NCBI GenBank assembly: GCA_021108005.1
Contig: JAIORS010000154.1
Coordinates: 7,643 to 71,642, forward strand
Length of the DNA: 64,000 nucleotides
Direction: 5' to 3'
Source of the DNA: Candidatus Aegiribacteria sp.
GTDB taxonomy: Bacteria > Fermentibacterota > Fermentibacteria > Fermentibacterales > JCC-6
The notes beneath the pieces were generated by a model. It ran no database searches. It was not told the origin of the DNA and saw only the letters and a list, made by a program, of their open reading frames with translations. The position numbers and the translations under genes were made by a program. Below are positions 29,705-38,197 of the stretch, one piece after another; the stretch's first letter is position 1; every line of letters begins with the position of its first letter.

Positions 29705-30631
29705 TCACCATCCTTTTTTCAGCAGTTTAACCCAGGCCTCAACGAAATCACTCTCATTCGATGCCGGTTCTCCGCCTGTCCATTTGATGAAGCTGTTCGA
29801 TTTATCAAGGCCTACAACGGGCACGCCGAATGCGCATGCGTCTCCCCAGATATCATCCGAATCGGTTATCACGGCGGAAGCGTCGGCGATAATCGCAGTC
29901 TTCACATCTCTGTCCAGTGTAGTGAAATCACAGTTCCTGCCGGATAGAGAAATCGTTCTCAGTGGTATTTCAGCCCTGCTCTTCTCAAGAATTGAAATTG
30001 CAGAAGATGTGGTGACTATATAAGGCAGCATCCTTCCTGAAACCGGAGCCATCATTCTTTCCGCAGCCTTTTCTACCTTTCTCGGAAGCGAAGGTTTCCA
30101 ATTGGGATCGAATGTAATCCCTACAGCGTTGCACATCTCCAAAAGAATATCCGGATAAATATCCGATTCAGTCTTTATTCTGAAATTTATGTACGGCGAC
30201 GAATGATTGACAGGAGCCATCCTTATTCCGCAGGAAGTACTACCCAGTAATCTTTCCATTTTACTGTTGACGTTCGCGTATGGGTATACGAGGACTGTTC
30301 CATCGGAAAAAGATTTGCCTTCTATCGTATCAGGTATTTCAGGGTGCCCTGAGTATGAATGAACTGAGGGGCGAAGCCGCAGCATGTTGAAAAGCTCATT
30401 GTCTCTTCTGCTGCAGATGACTGTGAGGATCTTTTTCGGAAATTCCGTCTGAAGAGCGTTTGCCATGTATACAGCCGGCCAGATGTCCGATTCCACGGTT
30501 CCCGCGATTAGCAGAAAACCGTCCGGATTAAGCAGATCATCGGGCAGGTGAATGATCCTGCTGTTAAGCTTTCTTAAGCTCAGCGGTTTTCCAAGTGTGT
30601 TTCTCAACAATTTTCCCATTGCGAGTTTCAT
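29705..30631 (-). CDS. Hypothetical protein, possibly divergent GT9-fold
   Basis: 'SDIWPAVYMANALQTEFPKKILTVIC' and 'VITDSDDIWGDACAFGVPVVGL' echo GT9 segments without the canonical motifs. Confidence 0.5.
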   Translation of the reverse strand: MKLAMGKLLRNTLGKPLSLRKLNSRIIHLPDDLLNPDGFLLIAGTVESDIWPAVYMANALQTEFPKKILTVICSRRDNELFNMLRLRPSVHSYSGHPEIPDTIEGKSFSDGTVLVYPYANVNSKMERLLGSTSCGIRMAPVNHSSPYINFRIKTESDIYPDILLEMCNAVGITFDPNWKPSLPRKVEKAAERMMAPVSGRMLPYIVTTSSAISILEKSRAEIPLRTISLSGRNCDFTTLDRDVKTAIIADASAVITDSDDIWGDACAFGVPVVGLDKSNSFIKWTGGEPASNESDFVEAWVKLLKKGW

Positions 30632-31308
30632 TCCAGATCCTCCAGGAGTGTTGCGGCAAAATGCTTCGTAATTGAAGTGTATTTATCTCCCCCGTAAAGC
30701 GACTGCAGTACGGACATGGACTCGCCAAACCTGTTCTGCTCATGAAGGCTCAGGGCAAGGGAGATAACCGGTAAGCCTTCTCCGGGAAAGCAGCTGGAAA
30801 GAAAAACTGCTATATCCTCAGCCTCTTCGTATCTGCCGGTTTGTACAAGTGCAAAACTCAGATCAAGCGCGGAATAAAACCGCTGCCTGGTCGAAGCAGC
30901 AAGGTCAATGGAAAGCCTGAAGTACTCAGCCGCGCTGTTTCCGTTACCCCTGAACTGGGCGGCAAGCCCCTTTGCTCTGCTTTCCAGCCATCGGCTTCCA
31001 TGAATGGAATCCAAAGTCATACAGGCGAATTCAGAAAGTCCGCAGTTCCAGCTCAATCGCGCATACCAGAAATCAAAGAAGGAGGATTCAATTGGAAAAC
31101 ACTCAAGCTGCAATAATAGATCAAAAGCATGAGTATTGCTGCCTGAATAAAGGGCTTCCTCAAGAAATCCAGTGAGTATTCTTGATTCACCTGCGGTGTC
31201 GTTATCTTCGAAATATGCACGTCCTGCTTCAACAAAATCGCCGGATAGTTCCAGTTCCGCTCCCGATGAAAGAAACAGTGAAAACAAAAGAGAATAGTAT
31301 ATAAGCAT
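30628..31308 (-). CDS. TPR-containing exported protein
   Basis: Signal peptide; helical repeats such as 'ALVQTGRYEEAE' and 'LHEQNRFGESM'. Confidence 0.65.
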   Translation of the reverse strand: MLIYYSLLFSLFLSSGAELELSGDFVEAGRAYFEDNDTAGESRILTGFLEEALYSGSNTHAFDLLLQLECFPIESSFFDFWYARLSWNCGLSEFACMTLDSIHGSRWLESRAKGLAAQFRGNGNSAAEYFRLSIDLAASTRQRFYSALDLSFALVQTGRYEEAEDIAVFLSSCFPGEGLPVISLALSLHEQNRFGESMSVLQSLYGGDKYTSITKHFAATLLEDLE

Positions 31309-31311
31309 TGT

Positions 31312-31959
31312 TTACTCCAGAAATCGTGAAAGCAACCTTCTCAGTAGACGAAGATAACTGAGAAGGCCTGTAAAAGCTGATAGCAGAGCTATTATTGTCA
31401 GTGGAGTATGAAGTGATTGGAATATCTGCTTATGGGGGAATGCCAGCCTTCCGGCGGCTGTCATCAGAAGAAGGTAACTGAACAACACCGCGAGACGCTC
31501 ACCCGTAGTGATTGTTACAACAGGAACATGAATACTCCAGGATATAGCCGAAAGTGAAAAGAGCAAAAGAAGATGATATCCGACCAGTATGCTGGCTACA
31601 ACAGTATCAATGGCGCCAAGGGAGAAGGATAATGCTATCAGTGAAACGGAAATGAAAAGCTTGTCGGCCGTAAAATCCATGACCTTTCCGGGATAGGAGG
31701 TTTTTTTTAATCTTCTTGCAAGCCATCCATCAAGGTAGTCTGAAATACCACACACAAGAATGACCCAGAAAAGAAAGTCAAGGGACAACGAACCGTAAAC
31801 CATCATAATTACCATGCCGGCTCCAAGAAAACGTAGCCATGTTATCGCTGCGGGAAGAATCGCGAAACTGTCGGCTATCTGCTGAGCTTTTTCCTGAACT
31901 TCCCGATTCAGTTGTCTCAGAAAAATCCTGTTCTTACCAGTTGCTGGATCAGTGTTCAT
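31312..31959 (-). CDS. CDP-alcohol phosphatidyltransferase family protein
   Basis: SDYLDGWLAR...GKVMDFTADK motif; TM helices. Confidence 0.9.
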   Translation of the reverse strand: MNTDPATGKNRIFLRQLNREVQEKAQQIADSFAILPAAITWLRFLGAGMVIMMVYGSLSLDFLFWVILVCGISDYLDGWLARRLKKTSYPGKVMDFTADKLFISVSLIALSFSLGAIDTVVASILVGYHLLLLFSLSAISWSIHVPVVTITTGERLAVLFSYLLLMTAAGRLAFPHKQIFQSLHTPLTIIALLSAFTGLLSYLRLLRRLLSRFLE

Positions 31960-32543
31960 CGATTTCTCTCCCTGGCGCCTGCAACAAAGAGGCTGTCAAG
32001 GGATTTTATTCCGATCCAGTCCCTTTCCCAGTGAAATGACACAGGGAAAAATTCATGCGAAACAAGTTCGAGTTCAGACGATCCCACAAGAAGGTTCGGA
32101 TGAAAACAACCATCCGGTGAAGTGTTCATCCATCCCTTGTAAAGGATGGCGGCAATTGTAGGAGCGTAATCGTCGTCTTCGATGTCCGGAGGAATGCTGA
32201 TATCTATGGATATTACGTTGTACAGATCGAAGCGTCCGTACCACGAAAGAGCTATTCCAAGATCCCTTCTTGTAACTGGCAATACTTCTCCCCGGCCCTC
32301 CATCCATATTTCAGCATCATCGATTCTGCCGGATGAGACGAAAAGACGCACAAGAGGGATTAGCGCTTTTCTGTTGCCATTTTTTAACTGCTGCAGAAGA
32401 AATATCTCACTCGTATACGTTGAAGTTACCGAATCACCCATGATTCCGTACCCTGAAGCCAGAAGCCAGAAATCCTGTTGGTCGTTAACTGAAGCTGTGA
32501 CAAGAGAGCAGAACAGAAGAAGCGCGGAAAAGAGCATAAACAT
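31956..32543 (-). CDS. Hypothetical exported protein
   Basis: MFMLFSALLLFCSLVTAS signal peptide beginning at ATG 32543 (or 32537) immediately after the tRNA; ATGA overlap with the next gene. Confidence 0.65.
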   Translation of the reverse strand: MFMLFSALLLFCSLVTASVNDQQDFWLLASGYGIMGDSVTSTYTSEIFLLQQLKNGNRKALIPLVRLFVSSGRIDDAEIWMEGRGEVLPVTRRDLGIALSWYGRFDLYNVISIDISIPPDIEDDDYAPTIAAILYKGWMNTSPDGCFHPNLLVGSSELELVSHEFFPVSFHWERDWIGIKSLDSLFVAGARERNR

Positions 32544-32618
32544 GGAGCGGGTAACGGGGGTCGAACCCGCGACATTCAGCTTGGGAAGCTGACACTCTGC
32601 CAACTGAGTTATACCCGC
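32543..32618 (-). tRNA. tRNA-Gly (anticodon CCC), CCA encoded
   Basis: GCGGGTATAACTCAGTTGGCAGAGTGTCAGCTTCCCAAGCTGAATGTCGCGGGTTCGACCCCCGTTACCCGCTCCA: 76 nt, acceptor stem GCGGGTA/TACCCGC, anticodon arm TCAGC-TTCCCAA-GCTGA, GGTTCGA T-loop. Confidence 0.96.
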
Positions 32619-32644
32619 TCCGGACCGACGAGATGAATATGCTT

Positions 32645-33478
32645 TCATAAAGCTACCGTCAAGTCTTCGTTCGGGGGACTTTCAAGAACACCTTCGTATA
32701 CTGTTCTTGCCTCACCCTGGAGCCACCATCCATGGCTGCTCTTTCCTACCTTCAATATTCTTCCGCTTCTTACGGTAATATTCAGTGGAAGGCACATTTT
32801 ATGGATATTAGCAGCACAGATTGCTGAGGCTACCGCTCCGGTTCCACAGGCAAGAGTCTCTCCCTCAAGACCCCTCTCCCAGGTTCGGATTGAAAGATCC
32901 GACTTACCGGTTATCCATGCGAAATCGACATTGGCACCCTCTTTTCCGAAGAGAGCGTGATTTCTGAGAATCGGTGCCAATTCTTCAAAGGGGAACTCCT
33001 CTGATTCGGCAAACATGACAACGATATGAGGTACGCCTGTATTCAGAAATGATAATCGTAAACCTACGGAATCCAAATCGATGTACCGATCCAGATAATG
33101 TACTTCCGGGGCAGTCATCCATAGTCTGACGCTGTTCTGTCCGGTTATCTCAGCGAAATGAACTCCGGCATCGCTTCTGAAACGGAAAATGCCTCTATCA
33201 GGCACAATGCCTGCTGAAGCTGCGTATCCAGCTATGCATCTTCCGCCGTTCCCACACATTACAGCAGCTTTTCCATCGTTGTTATAGAACTTCATGCGAA
33301 ATGCGTATTCAGAATCATCTTTAAGTTCCAGGAGACCATCGGCCCCGACTGACAGACCCCGTGCGCACAGTTTTCTGATAAGGTCAGGGGTTATGATATC
33401 GTCAAGCGATGAATCCATGTTATCAAGAAGTATGAAATCATTTCCTGCGCCGCTCATTTTCACGAATTTCAGTTTCAT
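32645..33478 (-). CDS. dapF: Diaminopimelate epimerase
   Basis: KMSGAGNDF, MCGNGGRC, GVPH, NVDF, WERG, ETLACGTGA. Confidence 0.96.
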   Translation of the reverse strand: MKLKFVKMSGAGNDFILLDNMDSSLDDIITPDLIRKLCARGLSVGADGLLELKDDSEYAFRMKFYNNDGKAAVMCGNGGRCIAGYAASAGIVPDRGIFRFRSDAGVHFAEITGQNSVRLWMTAPEVHYLDRYIDLDSVGLRLSFLNTGVPHIVVMFAESEEFPFEELAPILRNHALFGKEGANVDFAWITGKSDLSIRTWERGLEGETLACGTGAVASAICAANIHKMCLPLNITVRSGRILKVGKSSHGWWLQGEARTVYEGVLESPPNEDLTVAL

Positions 33479-35682
33479 TCCATTTCCCTGTCGGTAATCA
33501 TTTGAAGTTCTGCCTCCGCCTGAGTATTTTCGGGATCTTCTTCAAGTACAAGCACATATTCGATTACTGCTTCATTGAATTTGCCTTCCGACGCGAACAG
33601 CCTTGCTAGAAGAAGCCTTAATTCAGGTCTTTCACCGCGCCAGTAGATAAATGTCTCAATATCTTCAGCAAGATTATCTAGATCGTAACTGCACTGAATA
33701 TACAACTGAATAAGGTCGTTGAGCATCTGTTCCGTAACATCCCGCGGGCCATCTCCGGATAAACCTATGAGAAGGGCGCCTGAAAGCATATCCGGATCGT
33801 TCATCTCGATACCTGTATCGGCAAGATACCCCGAGGCTGCCCTGGGATCTGCGAGAAGGGCTCTGGCTGAATCGTAACCGTCGTAGCAGTGCCTGTAACG
33901 GTCAACAAATAGAAAGCGCCTTTGCACAGGTTCCGCGTTTGCTTCTCCCAGTTTAAAAACGCGAAGAGATGAACCCTGAAAAACAGGTGTCAGTGAAGAT
34001 AGCAGCTCCGGTGCGAACTGCATTTTCAGTGCGACCGCATCGTCCGGTACATCCTCAAGGCCTGCCAGATACAGAAGGCCGCAATAGCTGTCGTCCAGCA
34101 GGAAATCCGCTTGATAAACAACAAGTTCGCATTCCTTTTCTTTCATGAATGCAGTAAGGCTGTCCTCAGGCATGAACATTACACTGGCGAATCTAACGAT
34201 GTTCCTTCTATTGCTTCTGTTTTCAAAGAAGGTATGTGTAATTACAGGTCGATGCGCATAGGCGGAAACGAGTCCCGAAATATGCCAGAAACTTAGTACC
34301 GCCTCATCACTGCCGGTTTCTCTCTGCATCCAATGAAGAAATGAATCCAGTTCAATGTCATTCAGTAATGATGAAGTATTCCTGAACTGAAGCCCGCTTT
34401 TCGAGATTATTTCCGCAACATTTCCCGGGATAATCGATTGCATCAGTAATAACGCAATGGCCGGGATGAATAACCATGTTTTACGAAGTGAGAGTGTAAT
34501 CACCGGAATGAGAGCGATTACCAGAAATACAAGAAGCCTGTCGAAGAAAAGGTATCCTGCCAGTGAAAGAAACAGGAACCAGAATACCAGTCTGCCCTTC
34601 TTCTCCCTGAAAAACGCTGGCATTCCCGGAAGTGCAACAGCGACGGGAATACCGAAAACAAGCAGGAACTGCGCAGGAGTAGGACTGGTATATCCAGGAA
34701 CCCAGAACAGTCTTGCGTCACTGGAAAGCAATGATGGGTCGGAAGGATGCGAGAACATGAAACGTATCTTCGCCGCAATTACCGCAGCAACATGCCCGCT
34801 GGAACCGGATCCTGCGAACACTGAAAGAACGGCTAGAATTGTTCCGCCAATTGGAACCCAGACATTCCTGAAGCGCGGAAGAACAAGAAGGACAGCCATT
34901 ACTGTTGATGGGCTTAGAATGGCTCCATCGTGCCGCATATGAGAAAGCAGAACTGCGGCTGCAACCTGTGCGGCAGCAAATGAGATCCGGAGAGAAAAAG
35001 GAACATCACCATTTCTATAATTCCTCCAGAAAAGGTAAACCAGAAGGAAAAATACAATGAAGGCGGATACTTTCCAGGCGGCAAGTGTAAGAAAAAGAAC
35101 AAGTCCTGCCGCGATTGATGTAATCAGTGCTTTCCTGTCAGTTGTTCCGTCCCGATGATCGTCCGAAAGAGCTATTTCTGTAAGCCAGGCAAGTGTAACC
35201 AGAAGCGGAAGCGCAACCGTCTCTCTATAGAATGATTCCCCTCTTGCTCTTAAAAGCGCTGGAAAGATAAAGGCATAAAGGGATGAACCCGCCAGCGCGA
35301 ATCGAATGCTGTAATCGGCAGAGCGCATCCATAGGAACAGCGCAGGAATTGTGAGGAGAGGAAAAAGAAAACAGAAAGCTTTTATGAAATCATCAAAATC
35401 CCCGCCAATTATCCTGTGAATACCTCCGGCAAGATACTCCTCAAAAATGGAATTCTCGGATGTATTCATGCCTTCAGGATGCATCACGAGAGAATCTAAT
35501 TCCGGAATACTACCATTTTGTGAAATCATTTTCGCGTACCTGTAGGATTGCGTTGTTTCTGTCTGCATCCTGATGGAAGGCGGCATGACCTTCCGCGCGA
35601 AGTATGTTCTGAAAAGAAAGCCTGAAGCAACGGCTGCAAGTAAAGCTGAAATGACAAGCGTTTTCTTCATTCCATTGGACAT
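33475..35682 (-). CDS. GT-C fold membrane glycosyltransferase (DPY19/STT3 superfamily) with C-terminal TPR
   Basis: About 11-13 TM helices plus a periplasmic domain; motifs QTETTQSYRYAK, DSLVMHPEGMNT, RARGESFYRETVALP, AVLSFWHISGLVSAYAHRPVITHTFFEN; terminal TPR 'ARLFASEGKFNEAVIEY...DPENTQA'. Confidence 0.75.
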   Translation of the reverse strand: MSNGMKKTLVISALLAAVASGFLFRTYFARKVMPPSIRMQTETTQSYRYAKMISQNGSIPELDSLVMHPEGMNTSENSIFEEYLAGGIHRIIGGDFDDFIKAFCFLFPLLTIPALFLWMRSADYSIRFALAGSSLYAFIFPALLRARGESFYRETVALPLLVTLAWLTEIALSDDHRDGTTDRKALITSIAAGLVLFLTLAAWKVSAFIVFFLLVYLFWRNYRNGDVPFSLRISFAAAQVAAAVLLSHMRHDGAILSPSTVMAVLLVLPRFRNVWVPIGGTILAVLSVFAGSGSSGHVAAVIAAKIRFMFSHPSDPSLLSSDARLFWVPGYTSPTPAQFLLVFGIPVAVALPGMPAFFREKKGRLVFWFLFLSLAGYLFFDRLLVFLVIALIPVITLSLRKTWLFIPAIALLLMQSIIPGNVAEIISKSGLQFRNTSSLLNDIELDSFLHWMQRETGSDEAVLSFWHISGLVSAYAHRPVITHTFFENRSNRRNIVRFASVMFMPEDSLTAFMKEKECELVVYQADFLLDDSYCGLLYLAGLEDVPDDAVALKMQFAPELLSSLTPVFQGSSLRVFKLGEANAEPVQRRFLFVDRYRHCYDGYDSARALLADPRAASGYLADTGIEMNDPDMLSGALLIGLSGDGPRDVTEQMLNDLIQLYIQCSYDLDNLAEDIETFIYWRGERPELRLLLARLFASEGKFNEAVIEYVLVLEEDPENTQAEAELQMITDREME

Positions 35683-35727
35683 TATTCAGAAGAATCTTTC
35701 ATCTGACAGGGAGTTTGCCCTGTGCTT

Positions 35728-36309
35728 TCAGGACAGCAGGCCCGAATGCTGCTTCGCGATTATGGAGGACATCATCTTAAGAGTTTCCAGAGGACCCGAA
35801 CCCCCAATGGCAACCGATTCTATACCTGGCCAATCGTATCGGTTCAAAAGATTCTCCATATGTTCAACAGATGAGATTGAAGGAAGATCACGCTTGTTGA
35901 ACTGAAGTATTGTCGGAATTCCGGAAAGCTCCAGCCCGTACGATTCAAGGTTGTTGTCGAGGTCTTCGATACTGTCCAGATTAGCATCCATACGTTCGGT
36001 CTGGCTGTCTGCTACAAAAACAAGCCCATCGACCCCGTCCAGTATCACCCTCCTGCTTAGGGAGTAATATGCCTGTCCGGGAACCGAATAGAGGTGAAGC
36101 CTGACTCTGTCATTTCCTATTGACGCGTAATTCACTGGAAGAAAGTCAAAGAAGACCGTTCGCTCTCCTCTTGTGCAGAGTGTTACAAGCCTTCCCCGGT
36201 GTTCCGGCGCAATAATGTCTCTGATCCTTCTCAGGTTAGTTGTTTTTCCTGAAAGACCCGGTCCGTAATAAACGATTTTATACGCTACCTCATTGACAGA
36301 TCGATGCAT
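35728..36309 (-). CDS. mglA: MglA-family small GTPase (paralog 1)
   Basis: KIVYYGPGLSGKTTN, ERTVFFDF, LYSVPGQ, VFVADSQ, NKRD. Confidence 0.88.
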   Translation of the reverse strand: MHRSVNEVAYKIVYYGPGLSGKTTNLRRIRDIIAPEHRGRLVTLCTRGERTVFFDFLPVNYASIGNDRVRLHLYSVPGQAYYSLSRRVILDGVDGLVFVADSQTERMDANLDSIEDLDNNLESYGLELSGIPTILQFNKRDLPSISSVEHMENLLNRYDWPGIESVAIGGSGPLETLKMMSSIIAKQHSGLLS

Positions 36310-36344
36310 TTATCCCCGTTTCAGAAATTCATTAAAAAACAAAC

Positions 36345-37661
36345 TTAGAGTATATAATTACCATCTTCTCGACGATCAGCAAGGTCAAGCAAAATCTTCG
36401 AAGCAATTGCACCCGTAATCTTCACATTTCCCTGGACAAGATCGGGTGCCCCAAATAATTGTTCATCCAGTAGATAACTTAGTACCGGCCTTAGTCTCCT
36501 TGCCCCTATATCTTCGGTTTCATCGTTAAGGTAATTGGCGACTCTGGCGACTTCCAATGCAGCTTTTCGATTCAGTTTGAGTTCAACGCCGTCCGCCTCA
36601 AGAAGTGCAGTATACTGTTTGAGAAGAGAATTTTCGGGTTCAGTCAATATACGAAACAGGTCCTTTTCCGAAAGTGGATCGAGTTCGACTCTCATTGGGA
36701 AACGGCCCTGCAACTCAGGTATAAGGTCAGAAGGGCTGGATCCATGAAAAGCTCCCGCGGCAATGAAAAGTATATGGTCAGTATTCACTGGTCCGTAGCG
36801 TGTTGGTACGGTACATCCTTCCACAATCGGAAGCAGATCCCTCTGAACCCCCATTCTGGAAACCTCAGGTCCTTTGCTTTCACTTGTTCCGATGATTTTG
36901 TCGATCTCATCTATGAAGATTATCCCTTCCTCCTGGGCGAGTTTGAGACCCCTCGAGATATGATCGCTTCCTTCCAGAAGCCTTCTCATTTCTTCTTCGT
37001 AAAGACGTTCCCTGGCTTCAGATACGGTCAGCTTCTTCCTTTTTCGTCTGCTGCCAACCATTTTCTGCATGAGTTTCTTCAGGTTCTCGCCTGCTGGATT
37101 ATCGAAGCCTCCCCCGCCTGGTATCAGTGGCATTATCTCCATCTGCGCGATGCTCTCCGGAAGTATCAGTTCGATCTCGTTATCGTCGAGAAGACCCTTA
37201 TCAAGCATCCGGATAATTTCACTGTTTGATATGGAATCGAATCCGGTTTTTTTAAGTGTTTCAGCCAGTTTACTGCTTACAACGTCTCTTACCTGCTCCT
37301 CACGTTCTTTTGCAGCTTTTTCAGCCTCGATGTTCACTGCCTGACGGACAAGGGATCTGACCATTGACTCAACATCCCTGCCGACATAACCGGTTTCAGT
37401 ATACTTTGAAGCTTCGACTTTTACGAAAGGGGCTCCTGTCATATTGGCAAGCCTTCTGGCAATCTCGGTTTTACCTATGCCTGTAGGTCCCATCATTATA
37501 AGATTACTTGGATATATTTCGGACTTGATCTCCTCAGCTGCTTCCCTTCTTCTGAAGCGGTTGCGAAGGGCTATAGCTACAGAACGTTTTGCGCTATCCT
37601 GGCCTATGACATGACGATCAAGCCATTGAACGATCTGTGCCGGGGTAAGATCTCTTTTCAT
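36345..37661 (-). CDS. hslU: ATP-dependent protease ATPase subunit HslU
   Basis: IGQDSAKRSVAIALRNR, GPTGIGKTEIARR, KVEASKY, IDEIDK, VQRDLLP, ELQGRFP, IGARRL; ATG 37661 (TGATG overlap with hslV). Confidence 0.97.
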   Translation of the reverse strand: MKRDLTPAQIVQWLDRHVIGQDSAKRSVAIALRNRFRRREAAEEIKSEIYPSNLIMMGPTGIGKTEIARRLANMTGAPFVKVEASKYTETGYVGRDVESMVRSLVRQAVNIEAEKAAKEREEQVRDVVSSKLAETLKKTGFDSISNSEIIRMLDKGLLDDNEIELILPESIAQMEIMPLIPGGGGFDNPAGENLKKLMQKMVGSRRKRKKLTVSEARERLYEEEMRRLLEGSDHISRGLKLAQEEGIIFIDEIDKIIGTSESKGPEVSRMGVQRDLLPIVEGCTVPTRYGPVNTDHILFIAAGAFHGSSPSDLIPELQGRFPMRVELDPLSEKDLFRILTEPENSLLKQYTALLEADGVELKLNRKAALEVARVANYLNDETEDIGARRLRPVLSYLLDEQLFGAPDLVQGNVKITGAIASKILLDLADRREDGNYIL

Positions 37662-38197
37662 CAGTGAAGCTCCTCGATCTGTATTTCTCCGCCTGTGTAT
37701 ATACATATCGATGAAGCTATTTTTAAACTCTCACGGGCTATTTTCGCCGGTCCCATTTTCGTATGTTCATCGAGTGCCCTTGCCGCTGCCATAGCGTAAG
37801 ACTGACCGGAACCAACCGAAACAATTCCGTCCTCAGCCTCAACGATTTCTCCCGAACCTCCTATGAGCAAGGCATGCTTACTGTCAACGGCTGCTATAAG
37901 AGCCTGGAGTTGTCTGAGGTATTTATCGGTTCTCCATTCCCGAGCCAGTTCCACTGCAGCCCTGGGAAGATTACCTCTTGCTGCTTCGAGTTTCTCTTCA
38001 AGTCTTTCAACAAGGGCAAACGCATCCGCTCCCGTTCCGGAAAAACCCACAAGTACGGTATTGGAGTACAGCTTCCTTATTTTTTTTGCCGTACTCTTGA
38101 TTACCGTTTCACCAAGGGTGACCTGACCGTCGGCAGCCATCGCGGCTTTGCCGTTACGGACTATCCCGAGTACGGTTGTTGCGTGAATATCTTCGAT
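37661..38197 (-). CDS. hslV: ATP-dependent protease peptidase subunit HslV (inferred ATC start)
   Basis: HA|TTVLG...AADGQVTLG, GFSGTGADA, WRTDKYLR, GSGQSYA, CIYT. The N-terminal Thr lies upstream of the first ATG; see findings. Confidence 0.92.
   Translation of the reverse strand: MEDIHATTVLGIVRNGKAAMAADGQVTLGETVIKSTAKKIRKLYSNTVLVGFSGTGADAFALVERLEEKLEAARGNLPRAAVELAREWRTDKYLRQLQALIAAVDSKHALLIGGSGEIVEAEDGIVSVGSGQSYAMAAARALDEHTKMGPAKIARESLKIASSICIYTGGEIQIEELH

Noticed and set aside
32543-32618. tRNA-Gly as the integration site of a genomic island
   Set aside because: No duplicated tRNA 3' end and no integrase nearby; the flanking genes are in one operon-like run
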